DNA of 64,000 bases, taken from the NCBI GenBank assembly GCA_002269645.1, contig NIVC01001993.1, forward strand, positions 1-64,000. Reading direction: 5' to 3'. Positions within the stretch are counted from its first letter, which is position 1. The number at the start of each line of letters is the position of its first letter. The position numbers and the translations under genes were made by a program. Below, one piece after another: positions 47,224-60,049 of this stretch. The notes below the pieces were generated by a model. That model did no database searches. It was not told the origin of the DNA and was given only the letters and a program-made list of their open reading frames with translations. Source of the DNA: Macrostomum lignano (Eukaryota).

Positions 47224-49448
47224 TTAGACTGACACCTTGAAATTCACCGGCCTGCCGCCACTGCCGCGATGGTCGCCGCCGCCGCTCGAGCGAAACAGAG
47301 CGGCGCGAACCGCCCGCTCGTCGATAGCAGCGCCGCCACCGCCGCCGCTTACAGCAGGCCTGGAACCGGCGCTGGGGGCGTGCATTTTGATGCCAACCAC
47401 CGACAGACGAAGCTGCATCGGCATGCCGTCCAGTTCGCGACGATCGTAACGACGAATAGCGGACAGGGCGTCCTCTTTGGACGGGTACACCACTTCGGCT
47501 GCGCCAGGGTGCAGTAGGACGCACTTTTTCACCTGGCGATTGTTGGAGAGGATTTATTAGGTCACTGTTCTTTTGACTGTGTTCATGTGCTTACTGCACC
47601 ACACTTGGGAGATTCTAGAGTGGATTGGGGAGATTCTAGGGTGGATTGGGGAGATTCTAGGGTGGATTGGGGGGATTCTATGGGTGGATTGGGGAGATTC
47701 TAGGGGTGGATTGGGGAGATTATAGGGTGGATTGGGGAGATTCTAGGGGTGAATCGGGGAGATTCTAGGGGTGGATTGGGGAGATTCTATGGGTGGATTG
47801 GGGAGATTCTAGGGTGGATTGGGGAGATTATAGGGTGGATTGGGGAGATTATAGGGTGGATTGGGGAGATTATAGGGTGGATTGGGGAGATTCTAGGGGT
47901 GGATCGGGGAGATTCTATGGGTGGATTGGGGAGATTCTAGGGTGGATTGGGGAGATTCTAGGGTGGATTGGGGAGATTCTAGGGGTGGATCGGGGAGATT
48001 CTATGGGTGGATTGGGGAGATTCTAGGGTGGATTGGGGAGATTCTATGGGTGGATTGGGGAGATTCTATGGGTGGATTGGGGAGATTCTATGGGTGGATC
48101 GGGGAGATTCTAGGGGTGGATTGGGGAGATTCTATGGGTGGATCGGGGAGATTCTATGGGTGGATTGGGGAGATTCTATGGGTGGATTGGGGAGATTCTA
48201 TGGGTGGATTGGGGAGATTCTAGGGGTGGATCGGGGAGATTCTAGGGGTGGATTGGGGAGATTCTATGGGTGGATTGGGGAGATTCTAGGGTGGATTGGG
48301 GAGATTCTATGGGTTGATTGGGGAGATTCTATGGGTGGATTGGGGAGATTCTAGGGGTGGATCGGGGAGATTCTAGGGGTGGATTGGGGAGATTCTATGG
48401 GTGGATTGGGGAGATTCTAGGGTGGATTGGGGAGATTCTATGGGTGGATTGGGGAGATTCTAGGGTTGATTGGGGAGATTCTGAGATTCTATGGGTGGAT
48501 TGGGGAGAATCTATAAGTAGGTTGGCCGTTGGGGAGATTCTAGGTGTGGATTGGGGAGATTCTAGGTGTGGATTGGGGAGATTCTAGGTGTGGATTGGGG
48601 AGATTCTAGGGGTGGATCGGGGAGATTCTAGGTGTGGATTAAGGTTATAAGGGTGTCATGAGAGATTCTCACAGTGGTTTTGGTAGATATAGGCCCTGCT
48701 CACGGGGGATTCTAAATGAGGTCCGGAACGATTGCCAGGCTCATGGTGATTTTCGGGATAAATTGGGAGATATTCAGAGAGACAGAAATTTCGTGACTAA
48801 AAGCTGACCTGTCCAACACTAGAGAACAATTCGTAGATATCCTCGCGAGTAACGCCCTGGTGCAAATTCATAATAGACACTTTGTAGGCCTGCACGATAG
48901 TGGCTGACGAAGCCGCCGGAGGCAGCGGCATCGGCGGCGCAGGCGGAGGCGCGCGGCGCTGCACTGGCGATCGGCTTCGGTCGCGTCGCTGCCGAGTCAC
49001 GTGGACTGGGATCTCGCGAGCGCCGACGCCGACGCCGCCGCCGCGCGGCCTTGGCGCTTGGCCGCCAGCAGGCATCAGCCGATAGCTGTTGTCGTCCTCG
49101 TACTCCAGCTGCGGCGGCGGGGCCGGCCTCTGCCGGTAGAGATCGTTGGCAACGACCTTCTTTGGTACTACGAGTGGCCCAGCCGAGGCTGCTTGCCGCT
49201 TCACAGTCTGCAACTGCGGCTGCTGCCTCTGCTGCTTAGCTTTGCCGATTAGCAACTGTCTGGCATCCTTGATATTCGACAACTTGCGCTGTTGAATCCG
49301 ACCGCGGGCGTCCTGAGTAAGCAGCTGCTGTTTGCGCAGCTTGCTAATCCGGTCCCGGGCGTCGCTAATCTGCTGCCGTCTCATTATTGGGCCTGATTTC
49401 TGCTGCTGCTGCCTCTTTTGCTGCTGCTGACCCGGCTTGCGCTTTGGC
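47224..49448 (-). CDS. POLDIP3: POLDIP3/SKAR-like RRM protein; exons 48809-49448 and 47224-47532 (5' exon not located)
   Basis: Repeated DAR motifs (DARDRI, QDARGRI, KDARQLL); RRM VSIMNLHQGVTREDIYELFSSVG|VKKC..AEVVY..EDALSAIRRYDRRELDG.PM; C-terminal PVNFKVSV. Confidence 0.8.
47605..48640. repeat. Intronic G-rich minisatellite, ~21-22-bp unit GGGTGGATTGGGGAGATTCTA
   Basis: Tandem array in the POLDIP3 intron. Confidence 0.95.
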
Positions 49449-49480
49449 CTGTGTGATTATGACGATTTTTGTAATCATTT

Positions 49481-49712
49481 AATAATAATTGATTACACCA
49501 TGCCTCTCTAATGGGCAGATGTGCAACCAACTGCTAAGTCCAAGAACTGGGGGGTTGCCAGACATCCTCAATTATCCCAGCTAATGCAGGCACCCATTTT
49601 ACAGCTGGGTGAACTGAAGCAATCCAGAGTTAAGTGTCAAGGACACAGTTTGTTCCAAGTAGGTCAAGAACCGAACCCCTGACTTTTTAATTGTGAGTTC
49701 AATGGCTAACAA
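49481..49712 (-). mobile_element. tRNA-derived SINE, diverged copy
   Basis: Similar to the copy at 59625-59916 (GCACCCATTTTACAGCTGGGTGAACTGAAGCAAT..GAGTTAAGTGTC). Confidence 0.7.
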
Positions 49713-51137
49713 TTATTATTTATAATTCTATCTCATATAAAAATTCTTGGCCCAAAATTGGAACATATAGTTGGCATATATAATGGCCAAATTTAGGTTT
49801 AGCATATGTGGTATAGCTGAATTTCAATCAAAGGAAGCTTAATTAAAATTAATTGAAACAAAAAGTATACAAATTTACTAAACAGAATGAAACTAAAACA
49901 AAAATTAAATAATAAGAAAAAAGTTATTATTTTTTCTATCTCATTTGATTTATCTTATTTGCTTTATAAGGATTTGAATCATGCCAAGGATTTGAATTGA
50001 TGATTTGAGTAATAATGCTAATGTGCAAAGAAGTCTATCCTGTGAGTTACCTATGGCCCAAAGGGGTTGTATCTGATAATAACTATCTTAAATTTCTTTA
50101 CCAATTTTGCAATTTTTTACCAAATCTATAAAACTATACATATACTAAACTACAAACTCCTTATCTGGTTTATAGTTATGTTTATTGTTATAAACAAACC
50201 TGCACTAGTGCCAACCAAAGTTAGGCCCTATTTACATCCTAGACCTAAATGGTATCCAATAAAACATGGAATCCACAGTGGAATGGTAAAATGCGGAATC
50301 CATAGCGGAATGGTAAAATGTGGAATTAACTGCAGAATCTACTAACTTAAAGTAAAATGTGAAATATAAGAATCAAAAAATGAAATTTTGATTATATATA
50401 GCTTTGCCTACACTATAGGCATAGCAATGTAACTATATAAAAAGGATATATAAAGAAATTTTAATATGATTCTATATTGAGGCAAATTGAACTAGAAATA
50501 GTAGCATCTATTGGACCTTACTCAAAGTAGTAATTTATAGGTTCTCTTGTGAATAATATGGCTGATGGGTGTTGAAAATTCTTATCATAGGCCTAATTTT
50601 CTCTCTAGTAGTTTGGTAAAATTTTAAAAGCTTTATTGGTATAACTATAATATTATATAATAGAGCATAATGCACTTCAGCTACTTTGTATTTGAATTTT
50701 AGTTAAAGTTACTTGATTTCATTGCTCATTCCACATTTTATTATTCCACTGCAGATTTCACATTTTACCAAGCTATTCCATTCAAATTCTGCTGCAGATT
50801 CTACACTACATTTTACTGGGGGTGCCAACCCAAACCAAACTATAATACTAATATTACATGTCATATATATATATATATATATATCATATAACATATTCAA
50901 ATTATAATCATTGTATAAAAATTATTATCATGTATTATATAAATTATATAACATAGGCCTAAGCTTAGACTAGAGTCCTGACAGGGAAATAATACTAGGC
51001 CTAATAAGGAAAGTTAAGAATTAGAATGCTTACATTGACACTTTTTTCTGCTTGATAAGATCATCCAAACTGACGTCCATTTTGATTTTGCTTTTATTCT
51101 TGTGGTAGAGCACAGGCGAGTATTATTTTATTGGTAG

Positions 51138-52811
51138 TGTAGCGTACTTTAGTAACTTTCCCGAAATTTCTTCAGATTTCTAAAAGTCAAAAACTATTTC
51201 CAGAAACTTCTTTGAGTTAGCAGCTAATCTATAACATACGCATATAAATAGTAAATAATTAATTATCACTAAGTATTAATGTTCTAATTATATTTACGTA
51301 ATGTATATAATTAAAGGGTTATTTCGCTTTGTTAAAATTAGCTTAATCTTTCTAGAAACTTCCGGAAGACAGTAACAAAGCTATAAATACACGGCGGCGG
51401 CAGTGAGACAAACCTCTCACTCTCCCCTTGTTTTCTCTTTGATCTAAGTTCCGTTGGTAAATAACTAAATGAACCACCGCCTTGCTCTTATTCAATAACC
51501 AATTAAAGAAAATTCTACAATGGTCCGGTGAGGCGTCGAGCGATCTCTTTCAGAATGCGTGTGCATACGCACGCCCGTGACCGCTCATCATGCCATCATT
51601 CGCGATCAGCACCGCCGTCGCTACCAACGCTGAAACATAGCACACCACTGTCTACTGCCCAGCGTCATCACTTCTCAGCGTGTCTCCCGTCGCCGTCATG
51701 TAATATAAATTTAGCTAAACCGTCGCCAACCTCCCTGTTCCCACATCTAAAAACGACACGGTATCTCGTCGGTGACCAAATAAACTACGCCTACACGGGC
51801 TCACGAACGGCCATCCGATCGAGCCATCCGCGCAGCTACATGTATGACCTCCACGTATACGTACCAGCGACATCAACCGCAGCACCGCGCAGACGCGACG
51901 TTAGCACTGGGTCTCACCGTCGCGAAAAACTCAATTAGCAATCCACAATAAACCGGCTGGCACTACTGGCGAGTCTACACATTGCAACCTTCTAGGAGGT
52001 TCCTCGATAAGCCGGTGGTCAACCAGCTGGCCTAACCCGGACGACACCCATGAATCTTCTCGGTTCTGTTTCAGCCGCAGAGCGACTACCCGCCTTGATC
52101 CCTGGCGCCTATCCGTAGTTCGGGAGTCGTCTGTCTGCAAACCGGCAATAACCCGCAGGTCGTTCCAAACTACAGCGACAAACCGCCATCCTGGAGCAGT
52201 GCCGCAGAGACCACGGACTTGTTAACCGCCATAATGTACAATCAGTCTGAACTCCTCGACCGCAGTGCGAGCCCAGCTGCCCCTATCCGTCTCGCGGTGA
52301 ACCCAGTCGTCAGCGTAATTTTCAGCAGCGTAATTTCAACCTGGACTTTATTCACGGTAACCCAGCATCTAATTAACATTAATTAACCGTCATACCTTAG
52401 GGACTCCGTCTCCCGTGGGGGGAACTGTTGTAGCGTACTTTAGTAACTTTCCCGAAATTTCTTCAGATTTCTAAAAGTCAAAAACTATTTCCAGAAACTT
52501 CTTTGAGTTAGCAGCTAATCTATAACATACGCATATAAATAGTAAATAATTAATTATCACTAAGTATTAATGTTCTAATTATATTTACGTAATGTATATA
52601 ATTAAAGGGTTATTTTGCTTTGTTAAAATTAGCTAAATCTTTCTAGAAATTTCCGGAAGACAATAACAAAGCTATAAATACACGGCGGCGGCAGTGAGAC
52701 AAACCTCTCACTCTCCCCTTGTTTTCTCTTTGATCTAAGTTCCGTTGGTAAATAACTAAATGAACCACCGCCTTGCTCTTATTCAATAACAAAATTAAAG
52801 GAAAACCTACA
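51138..52811 (+). mobile_element. Non-autonomous LTR retroelement (TRIM-like), 1.67 kb
   Basis: Direct repeats 51138-51519 and 52429-52811 (TGTAG...CTACA, about 98% identical); 4-bp TSD GTAG; TGG-starting candidate PBS at 51521; G-rich PPT before the 3' LTR; no gag/pol ORF in the ~0.9-kb interior. Confidence 0.88.
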
Positions 52812-53670
52812 GTAGCAGCTAGATATTATTGCTTTAATACTTGTTGGAAGATGTTTGGAACGAAGCAGTTTGCGTTGCTCCTTTGAAATATAACTTACTT
52901 ACGAGGACGGTTGATGACTGAAAATGGAGAAATAGCAGAAATTGCTCTACCTATATAAATACTAATGTGATAGGGGATGGAAATGGAATTTTTACCGCTT
53001 TTAAACTAAATACGCTGGCCCAGTCAGGCTAGCCAGGTAGATTTGTTGTTACATTTAAAAATTTGATAATTCTCAAACAAATTTTTTATTCAGTGGGACT
53101 TTTTATGAAGCTAAAATATTAAGATAGTGCATTTAATAACAGCAGTCCTACTACAAAGGTTCATACATTAAAATACAAGCAATAAACCACATTCGTTTAA
53201 CAAATTGTTATACCATGGACTGCAGAGTGTCTCCATGGCAACACAGATTGCCATGCACAACTGCACATCTTTCACGCGATAAAAATGCGCCGTATAGAAC
53301 ATCCGCTTTCTTTAAGCGTAGGTTCGCTGGTAGCTAAATTTTTCGACATCGCATGAGATTGGGGCAAGGCAAGCAAGAGTGTAAATCTGGTGAAAAAGTC
53401 GATGAAATCGTCGGATACATGTACAGCATGCTGCGATATTACAAATAGCGCACTCAGAGACACGCACCAGTCGATCTATACTAGATATTGACTTTATATT
53501 TGTTATTGCAAAAAGAGAGTATGAGTCAAAATCTAATGGAAGAGAATTGTATTAAAAAGAGGAAGAGAATAATTAAAGGACTTTGTCCTGAGGAATACAT
53601 GTAAATTATTAACGGAAATTATCTCGTATAAAATCGCTGTAACCGTAAATACGCTATAGACGGTCGTTTT

Positions 53671-53855
53671 CAGGGACTACTCAAACACCGGGACGGGAAA
53701 CTAAAATTTTTTACGAGGCTGGCTGGCAATTATTTGCATTAGAGAGATGCTGTGTTACTCGTACTTTGTTGTCTATGGTTATTTTCTACTGCTGATAAAA
53801 GACCAGCCTCGTAAAAAATTCCTAGTTTCCCGTCCCGGTGTTTGAGTAGTCCCTG
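53671..53855. mobile_element. MITE, 185 bp, probably hAT superfamily
   Basis: 33-bp perfect TIR CAGGGACTACTCAAACACCGGGACGGGAAACTA (about 52 bp imperfect); 8-bp TSD GTCGTTTT on both sides. Confidence 0.9.
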
Positions 53856-53985
53856 GTCGTTTTTTTAAGTCTTTAAAAGTTTTGGGGTGTAAAAAGCGTT
53901 TATAATTGCTTACAGAAATCGTTTCCCGTTACTACATATAGATGTACCAGTGGTGTAACCCAGGGTTTTCAATTAGGGGGGCCAT

Positions 53986-56900
53986 CACAGACCAAGAAAT
54001 ATAACTAGACTGCGCATCCCGCATTTCTTGCTTGGGCTTGTTTTTGACCAAATGACAGTGGAAAAAATGGTCCCTCTCTCCCTACTCGAAAACGATCGAT
54101 AATTGTGCTTGGGCAAGAAGTTAGGGTACAGGCCTGCTTTTCTTTCCGCCTGCGTTGATATGTAGCTATATATTAAAGTGGTCTGGGGCCAAAAATATAA
54201 ACTTATAAAACACATACTTGAAATACAAAGCAAGCTGCTTCAGTCTAATCTAAATCAATCCTCACCAAATCGAACTGCCATGGAAGAATCTAATTCTTCA
54301 AAACTGCCTAGCAGAAAAAGTCACGGCAGCTTTTGCTGCGCTCTAGGCTGCTCGAACAACTCGTCAATGTCTCCGGCAGTGTCCTTCCATTTTTTTCCAA
54401 AAGACACTGAAATGAAGAGAAAGTGGCTGGTTGCGCTCCGACGCAAGGAGTTCAAACCATCGGCGACCACCCAAGTCTGCTCGGTCCACTTTGCAGAGTC
54501 TTGCTTCAAGGAACAACTAGCCGGCTTTCTGCCCACCACAAAAAGGCGGCTGTATCCAAATGCTGTTCCTTCTATCTTCCCGACGCTCCCTGACCGCCTG
54601 CAGCCTGTTGAAAAGAAGCGAAAAACAGCCACCGCCGCCGCCGCCGCTGCTCAGGAAGTTGACTTTGCTGCATTTTTTAAAGCGCCGGAATGTAGCAAGA
54701 CGAAGGCTCAGCCAACTGACACGGAGGCAGATGAACCAGAACAACCCCTACAAGAACTGCATGCCAACTGTGTGGCCAGAGAACTATTCGAAGAAAAGGT
54801 GAGAGTCCTAAAAAACCTGAGGCGCAGATACAAAAGGCTTTTGGCTGCTCATAAGAGATCTAAGAAAAGTGCTAAGGCCATTGAAATCCTGCGTCGGACG
54901 GTACAGAGCAAGTACAGAAAAATTCGATCTCTGCGCTCAAAGCACAGGCAAATTAAACATAGAGCCAAAACATTGAAGGACGCAATTCTGGATCTAAAGG
55001 CCAAATGTGCATGTTAAACGAAGCAGCGGCATCTCGATTGAATTTCTTGACCTCCGATTCACTGCTGAGCAGCATCGTGCCTTGTAATAGAAAAAGGACA
55101 AAGAGGTTCTCTGACGAAGTGCGCAAATTCGCCTCTACATTGCATTTCTATAGTCCGAAGGCTTATGAGTATGTACGAAAGTACTTTCAGCTTCCACATC
55201 CTGCGTCACTTAGAAAATGGCTCTCAAATGCAAAGTGCTTTCCAGGGTTTTGCGATCAGGCTTTCCAGGAACTTTCGCGGCGACGCAGCTCCACTGACGG
55301 CCAAGCCTTTGACTACTGCAACGTTGTTGCTGATGAAATGTCGCTAGAGTCGATGATTGAATGGAATTCAAGCGAAGGTATGTTTTTTGGCTACGTTGAC
55401 AAAGGTGATGGCAAACCAAGTGATCAGGAGGCGTCTTCGGCACTGGTAGTGATGGCAGTGGGGCTTAAGAGCTATTGGAAGCTGCCTTTAGGGTATTTTC
55501 TAGTGAATGGAGTTGACGGCGAATTTCTTTCGAGCGTTGTAGAGGAATCCATTCAGCGACTGTACCAGGTTGGCGTCATAGCAACATCATTCACATGCGA
55601 TGGAACTCAGCACAACATTCGAGCGATCGAACTCCTTGGCTCCAGGATAAGTTCTCCGAACGAGGTCGTCGCCTGCTTCCCGCACCCCTGCGATCCTAGC
55701 ATTCAGGTTGCAGCCTTCCTGGATGTGCCTCACATGTTAAAGCTGATTCGCAATCAGTGGCAGTCACTGGGAAGATTTGTTTGGCCGAACAGAGGAAATA
55801 TTGAATGGAAATATGTTTCCATGTTGCAGCAAGTACAAGAAAGTCATGGACTCCGACTTGGAAACAAGTTAAGCAGGCATCACATCAACTTTGCTAATTT
55901 AAAGATGAAGGTCTATTTGGCATCACAACTGTTTAGCAAGTCAGTGGCCGACTCTTTGCGATGGGTGCATCAGCAAGGTGTGATCGGATTTGAGCACTCT
56001 GATGTGCTAGTCACCGCAGATTTTGTTGAGCACATGAATGATTTGTTCGACGCTTTCAATTCCAAGCGGCTGGTCAGTTATGGCGCCAAAATGGCGCTTA
56101 GAGCTGACAATCAGTCGGATTGGATCGATTTCTTCTCTAGCTCGATCGAACTTCTCCGTAGCCTTGAAACTCCGGCTGGCTGTAAGATAGTAGAAACCGC
56201 AAAGAAGACTGGCTTCCTAGGCTTCATCACCAACTGCCATGGCATTATGGAGCTCGCTAAGTATTTATTTTCGACTGGCGAATTCTTCTTTCTTTGCACT
56301 TACAAGCTTTCGCAGGATTTTCTCGAACTGTTTTTTAATGCAGTAAGGCTACGAAATGGCTGGAACCATAACCCAACGCCCACGCAATTTCGCTCAGCAT
56401 TCAGGCAGCTGTTGGTGCATGCCGGAGGTGGAATTCTACAGTCCGTGAGTCCGAATGTGAGGCAGCAGGATGCCACTATTCAGTTATCATTGTCTTGTCT
56501 GCCATCATCATCAGGACAGCAGCCATGGAAGCAGATGAAAGCTCAAAATGAAATGGGACTGAGTCTGGGTTCAATCCAACACTGCAAGAATGCATCGGTG
56601 TGTGAAATTTGCCAGTCCATCGTGTGCTATATCGCAGGCGCGGTCGTCCGAAGAATGATGAAAGCAGTTGAATGTGCTCCGTGCAGGTCAGCTCTGATCG
56701 CAAGCTCTGAGACGCCAGGAGCTTCACGCGGACCATGCTCACTCGTTGCCATAAAAAATGTTTTGAACAAGGAAGGAACTGGCGGCCTGATTTTTCCTAG
56801 CAGCAATGTCCTGCGGGTGCTGCTCAATGCAGAGACTGTTGTTCGGCGTGCCAGCTACAGCAGCGGATTCTCTAGTGATGTAGCTGTTCAGGAGATTCTG

Positions 56901-57480
56901 CGCATGTCAATCGATCTGTTCCCTGAACTGGACTCTCATTCGGCATCCGCGAGTATCAGCATTGAGTCTCACAAGCTGCATTTGATTCGAGTAATGGCTA
57001 TGCTTTTTATAAATATTCGAATGAAGAAGCTGGCTAAGGATCTTTCACGCGCTGGAAGAAAACCCGGCAAGAGGCAAAGGCTGCTTCGAACAGCGATTTT
57101 TCTTAATTTGTAATCAGCGTATTCGCATATGGAGGCTAGTAAGTAAGTTATGGCTTCAATGCATTCTGTTTAAGCTTATTCCCGTGATAAACTATATATT
57201 TGCCATTAAATGCGTGCAAAAAATTCTAGATAAATTAAAAATGAATCTGTAGTTGTTGATTTGTTAATCCTATTTCTTACTGAGTCTGAATTTTCACTAG
57301 TTACGAACATAAAGAAAAAAGAGACCCCGACAAGCTGAGTTGGCTGAGGGTAAGAAGAAAGGCCCGGGCACAATTATCGATCGTGGGGGAGTGGGCACTG
57401 GGGTGCCACTTTTCCTACTAGGAAAAAGGCACAACTTTTTTTACCCTCATGCGCAGTCTAGTTATATTTCTTGGTCTGTG
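53986..57480 (+). mobile_element. P-element superfamily (THAP9-like) DNA transposon, 3495 bp
   Basis: Perfect 32-bp TIR CACAGACCAAGAAATATAACTAGACTGCGCAT; 8-bp TSD GGGGCCAT on both sides. Confidence 0.95.
54280..57113 (+). CDS. THAP-domain P-element transposase, split by one frameshift at ~55005-55017
   Basis: THAP: CCALGC..SFHFFP..W..R..VCSVHF..AVPSIF. Catalytic part: VADEMSL, TCDG, FLDVPHMLKLIRN, KMKV.LASQLFS, SQDFLELFF..R. Confidence 0.9.
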
Positions 57481-59084
57481 GGGGCCATGCATGCCGGCGC
57501 CCCGGACACTGCCGGCGATACGGCCTACGTTCGCGCCGAGGCCTTGAAACGCACCCTGTGACGTTGTCTGTTGACTGACTGACACTGTATTTTGTCGTTG
57601 CTATAGAAGTAATAAAAAGCGCATATAGATTATAGTCGTCGTGCATTATTACATGTATATTATTGCGTACCAATATTAATTTGCAAAAGAGAAATTTTGC
57701 TCTTTAACTGTTTGCTCTTTGTCGTAGTCCCAATGACTGTAGCTGTATAGTGGTAAAAATTGCATATTAATCTTACATGTATGTACACATGTATGACAGC
57801 AGCAGTTCCACAAAAAAGAAATAAGTCGAAAAAACTACCGACAAGTTACGATGCCTGGAAGGAATTAAAACCCAAAAAACATATTTTTATCTTTTTATTC
57901 GCACTTTATTGTTATCAAAATTAAAATGGAAGTCGAAATTTTATTCGCAAGTTTCTGAGAAAAGCTAAGAAGTACGAGCGTATATGTACGCAATAAAATA
58001 ATAGTTTAAATATTCCAACACCAAATCAGTTTAGTCTGATTATCAAGAATTCGAGTATTCCAATTCGGCCGATCTGAAAATCCATGTGTAGTGTGTAGTT
58101 TTGTTATAATCAAGTTGATGTATCACTTGTAGGTGAACAGTGGCTGCGGTAAAGGCAGACTATGCGAGCTCATATTAAGGAAGTGAGGGCGCTTCATTAA
58201 AGGGCCGGTCCAAGAACGAGAGCTATCTGGTACCTTGGATTCTTACCCGAGCAGCCTCAGGTAGCTGGGTTACGGAGCTCCTAAAAATGACAGTCGAAAA
58301 CACTGTTAAAGTTGCACCCCTCCTTCGCTGAAATAGATCGATTGTTTACAAAGTTACGAAGTTGAATAAAATGCATTTTAACAGCTTACCGCCAAACACC
58401 TGCGAGTCTGAAGACTCAGTCCAGGTCACGGACCCGTCTGGATTGACCGTCTTCACTACGTCTGAAAGAATGAACAACACCATGTACTAGAAAAGGTGCT
58501 CTTTTCTATTTTAAATGCTTGCTGCCGCTGCCACTCCTCACCAGTCTTTCCAGGAATTCCTTTCATTGAACCGACGTCGGCCGCGCCAGACAAGCTTTGC
58601 CCGTCTAAAATTTGTGCGAATACAATACTGCGCGCTGTTTAAAACAAAGGACAACAATTATACTCTCTTCTCTATACTTTATATGTACTTACTATTCTCG
58701 TGAATAACTTGGTGAGTAGTATCTTCTAAAATTTGAGAAAAAATCATAATTTTATAGTTTTATGAATTAAGTTATTTCTAAAAATATCTAGTTTGGAGCC
58801 CTGGACATTGAGAATTAGAGCTTCCAATTTGCACACCGGGCAACTCCGTTGTAGTTGTCGACACTTCTGGGTGACCTACAAGGAGGAGAACAAAATATGG
58901 CGTAATCTGCGCATGCTGCGATTAAGAGCGATTATGAAATTTTCGACACACCCACTTTTCGATATACCGATAGTCACAGAAGATGTTGATTCTGACCAAC
59001 TTTCTGCACCTGCAAAGGAAATGTGTGCTTTCTGTCTCCGTGTTTATTTCTTGAGAGAAATTGTCGATTCTCTCTTTGGAAAAG

Positions 59085-59305
59085 AGTTTCTCTGAGGAGA
59101 AAGTTTCTCTGAGAAAGAAAGAGATTCTCTGCGAAGGAAGGAGTTTCTCTGAGAAAGAAAGAGATTCTCTGCGAAGGAGAGAGTTTCTTTGAGAAGGAGA
59201 GAGATTCTCTGAGAAAGAAAGAGATTCTCTGCGAAGGAAAGAGATTCTTTGCGAAGGAGGGAGTTTCTTTGAGAAGGAGAGAGATTCTCTGCGAAGGAGA
59301 GAGAC
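59085..59305. repeat. Purine-rich ~20-bp degenerate minisatellite
   Basis: TCTCTGCGAAGGAGAGAGAT-like tandem units. Confidence 0.75.
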
Positions 59306-59624
59306 TCACCGAAAAGACTGCAGCATGCTGCTTGGAGAGGATCATTGAGCGGAATTTTTAACAAAATAAATTTCAGATAAGCATGTACAAGCGTAAAAAA
59401 CAGAAATAAAGCGAAAGCGAAATTACAAGTCTAAAAGCGCGTTCTTACCACCATTCGTCCTGATGTTTTGCGCCACTTCGAGAGTAACGCTTCCCCTGCC
59501 TGAGAAAATATAAATAATTAGATGGGCCAGTGAAAAAATCAAATAAATACGAATTTACTGTCTTAAAGATCCTTATTAATTATTAGTCCTTATTATCCCT
59601 CCGCAGAAGTTTTGAAATTCAAAA

Positions 59625-59916
59625 ATAATAATTGATTACACCTGCCCTAATGGCCAGGTGTGCAACCGACAGCTCAGCCGCAGCTATTGCGCGGTGCGTC
59701 TGAAGGCTGCGTACGGCTGTTCAGTCCAAGGACTGGGGGGTCGCCACGCACACCCTCAATTACCCCAGCTAATGCTGGCACCCATTTTACAGCTGGGTGA
59801 ACTGAAGCAATGCGGAGTTAAGTGTCTTGCCCAAGGACACAAATTGTTCCGAGTGGGTCGAGATTCGAACCCCCTACCTTTCAGTCGCGAATCCGACGCT
59901 CTAACCACTAGGCTAC
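59625..59916 (-). mobile_element. tRNA-derived SINE
   Basis: On the minus strand: GTAGCCTAGTGGTTAGAGCG (A box)..GGTTCGAATCTC (B box) followed by GTGTCCTTGGGCAAGACACTTAAC, a conserved SINE2 body motif; (TTA)-rich tail. Confidence 0.8.
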
Positions 59917-60049
59917 AACCCCCCCCCCTGATTCAATGCAATCTAAAAAATGTGTAGATAGCGCGGCAGTACTGATGCAAGTAGTTTTTGAGAAGTGGTT
60001 GAGCTATGCTTGATCTCAAAATGTCAGAACAGTGCCAGAACTCACTGGC

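Noticed and set aside
44351-48587. Long repetitive ORFs (EQTSRP.., IISISSES.., WIGEIL..)
   Set aside because: Products of 25-, 30- and 21-bp tandem arrays.
50260-50820. Inverted clusters of GGAATGGTAAAATG-like repeats
   Set aside because: Probably a decayed non-autonomous transposon; no clear TIR or TSD found.
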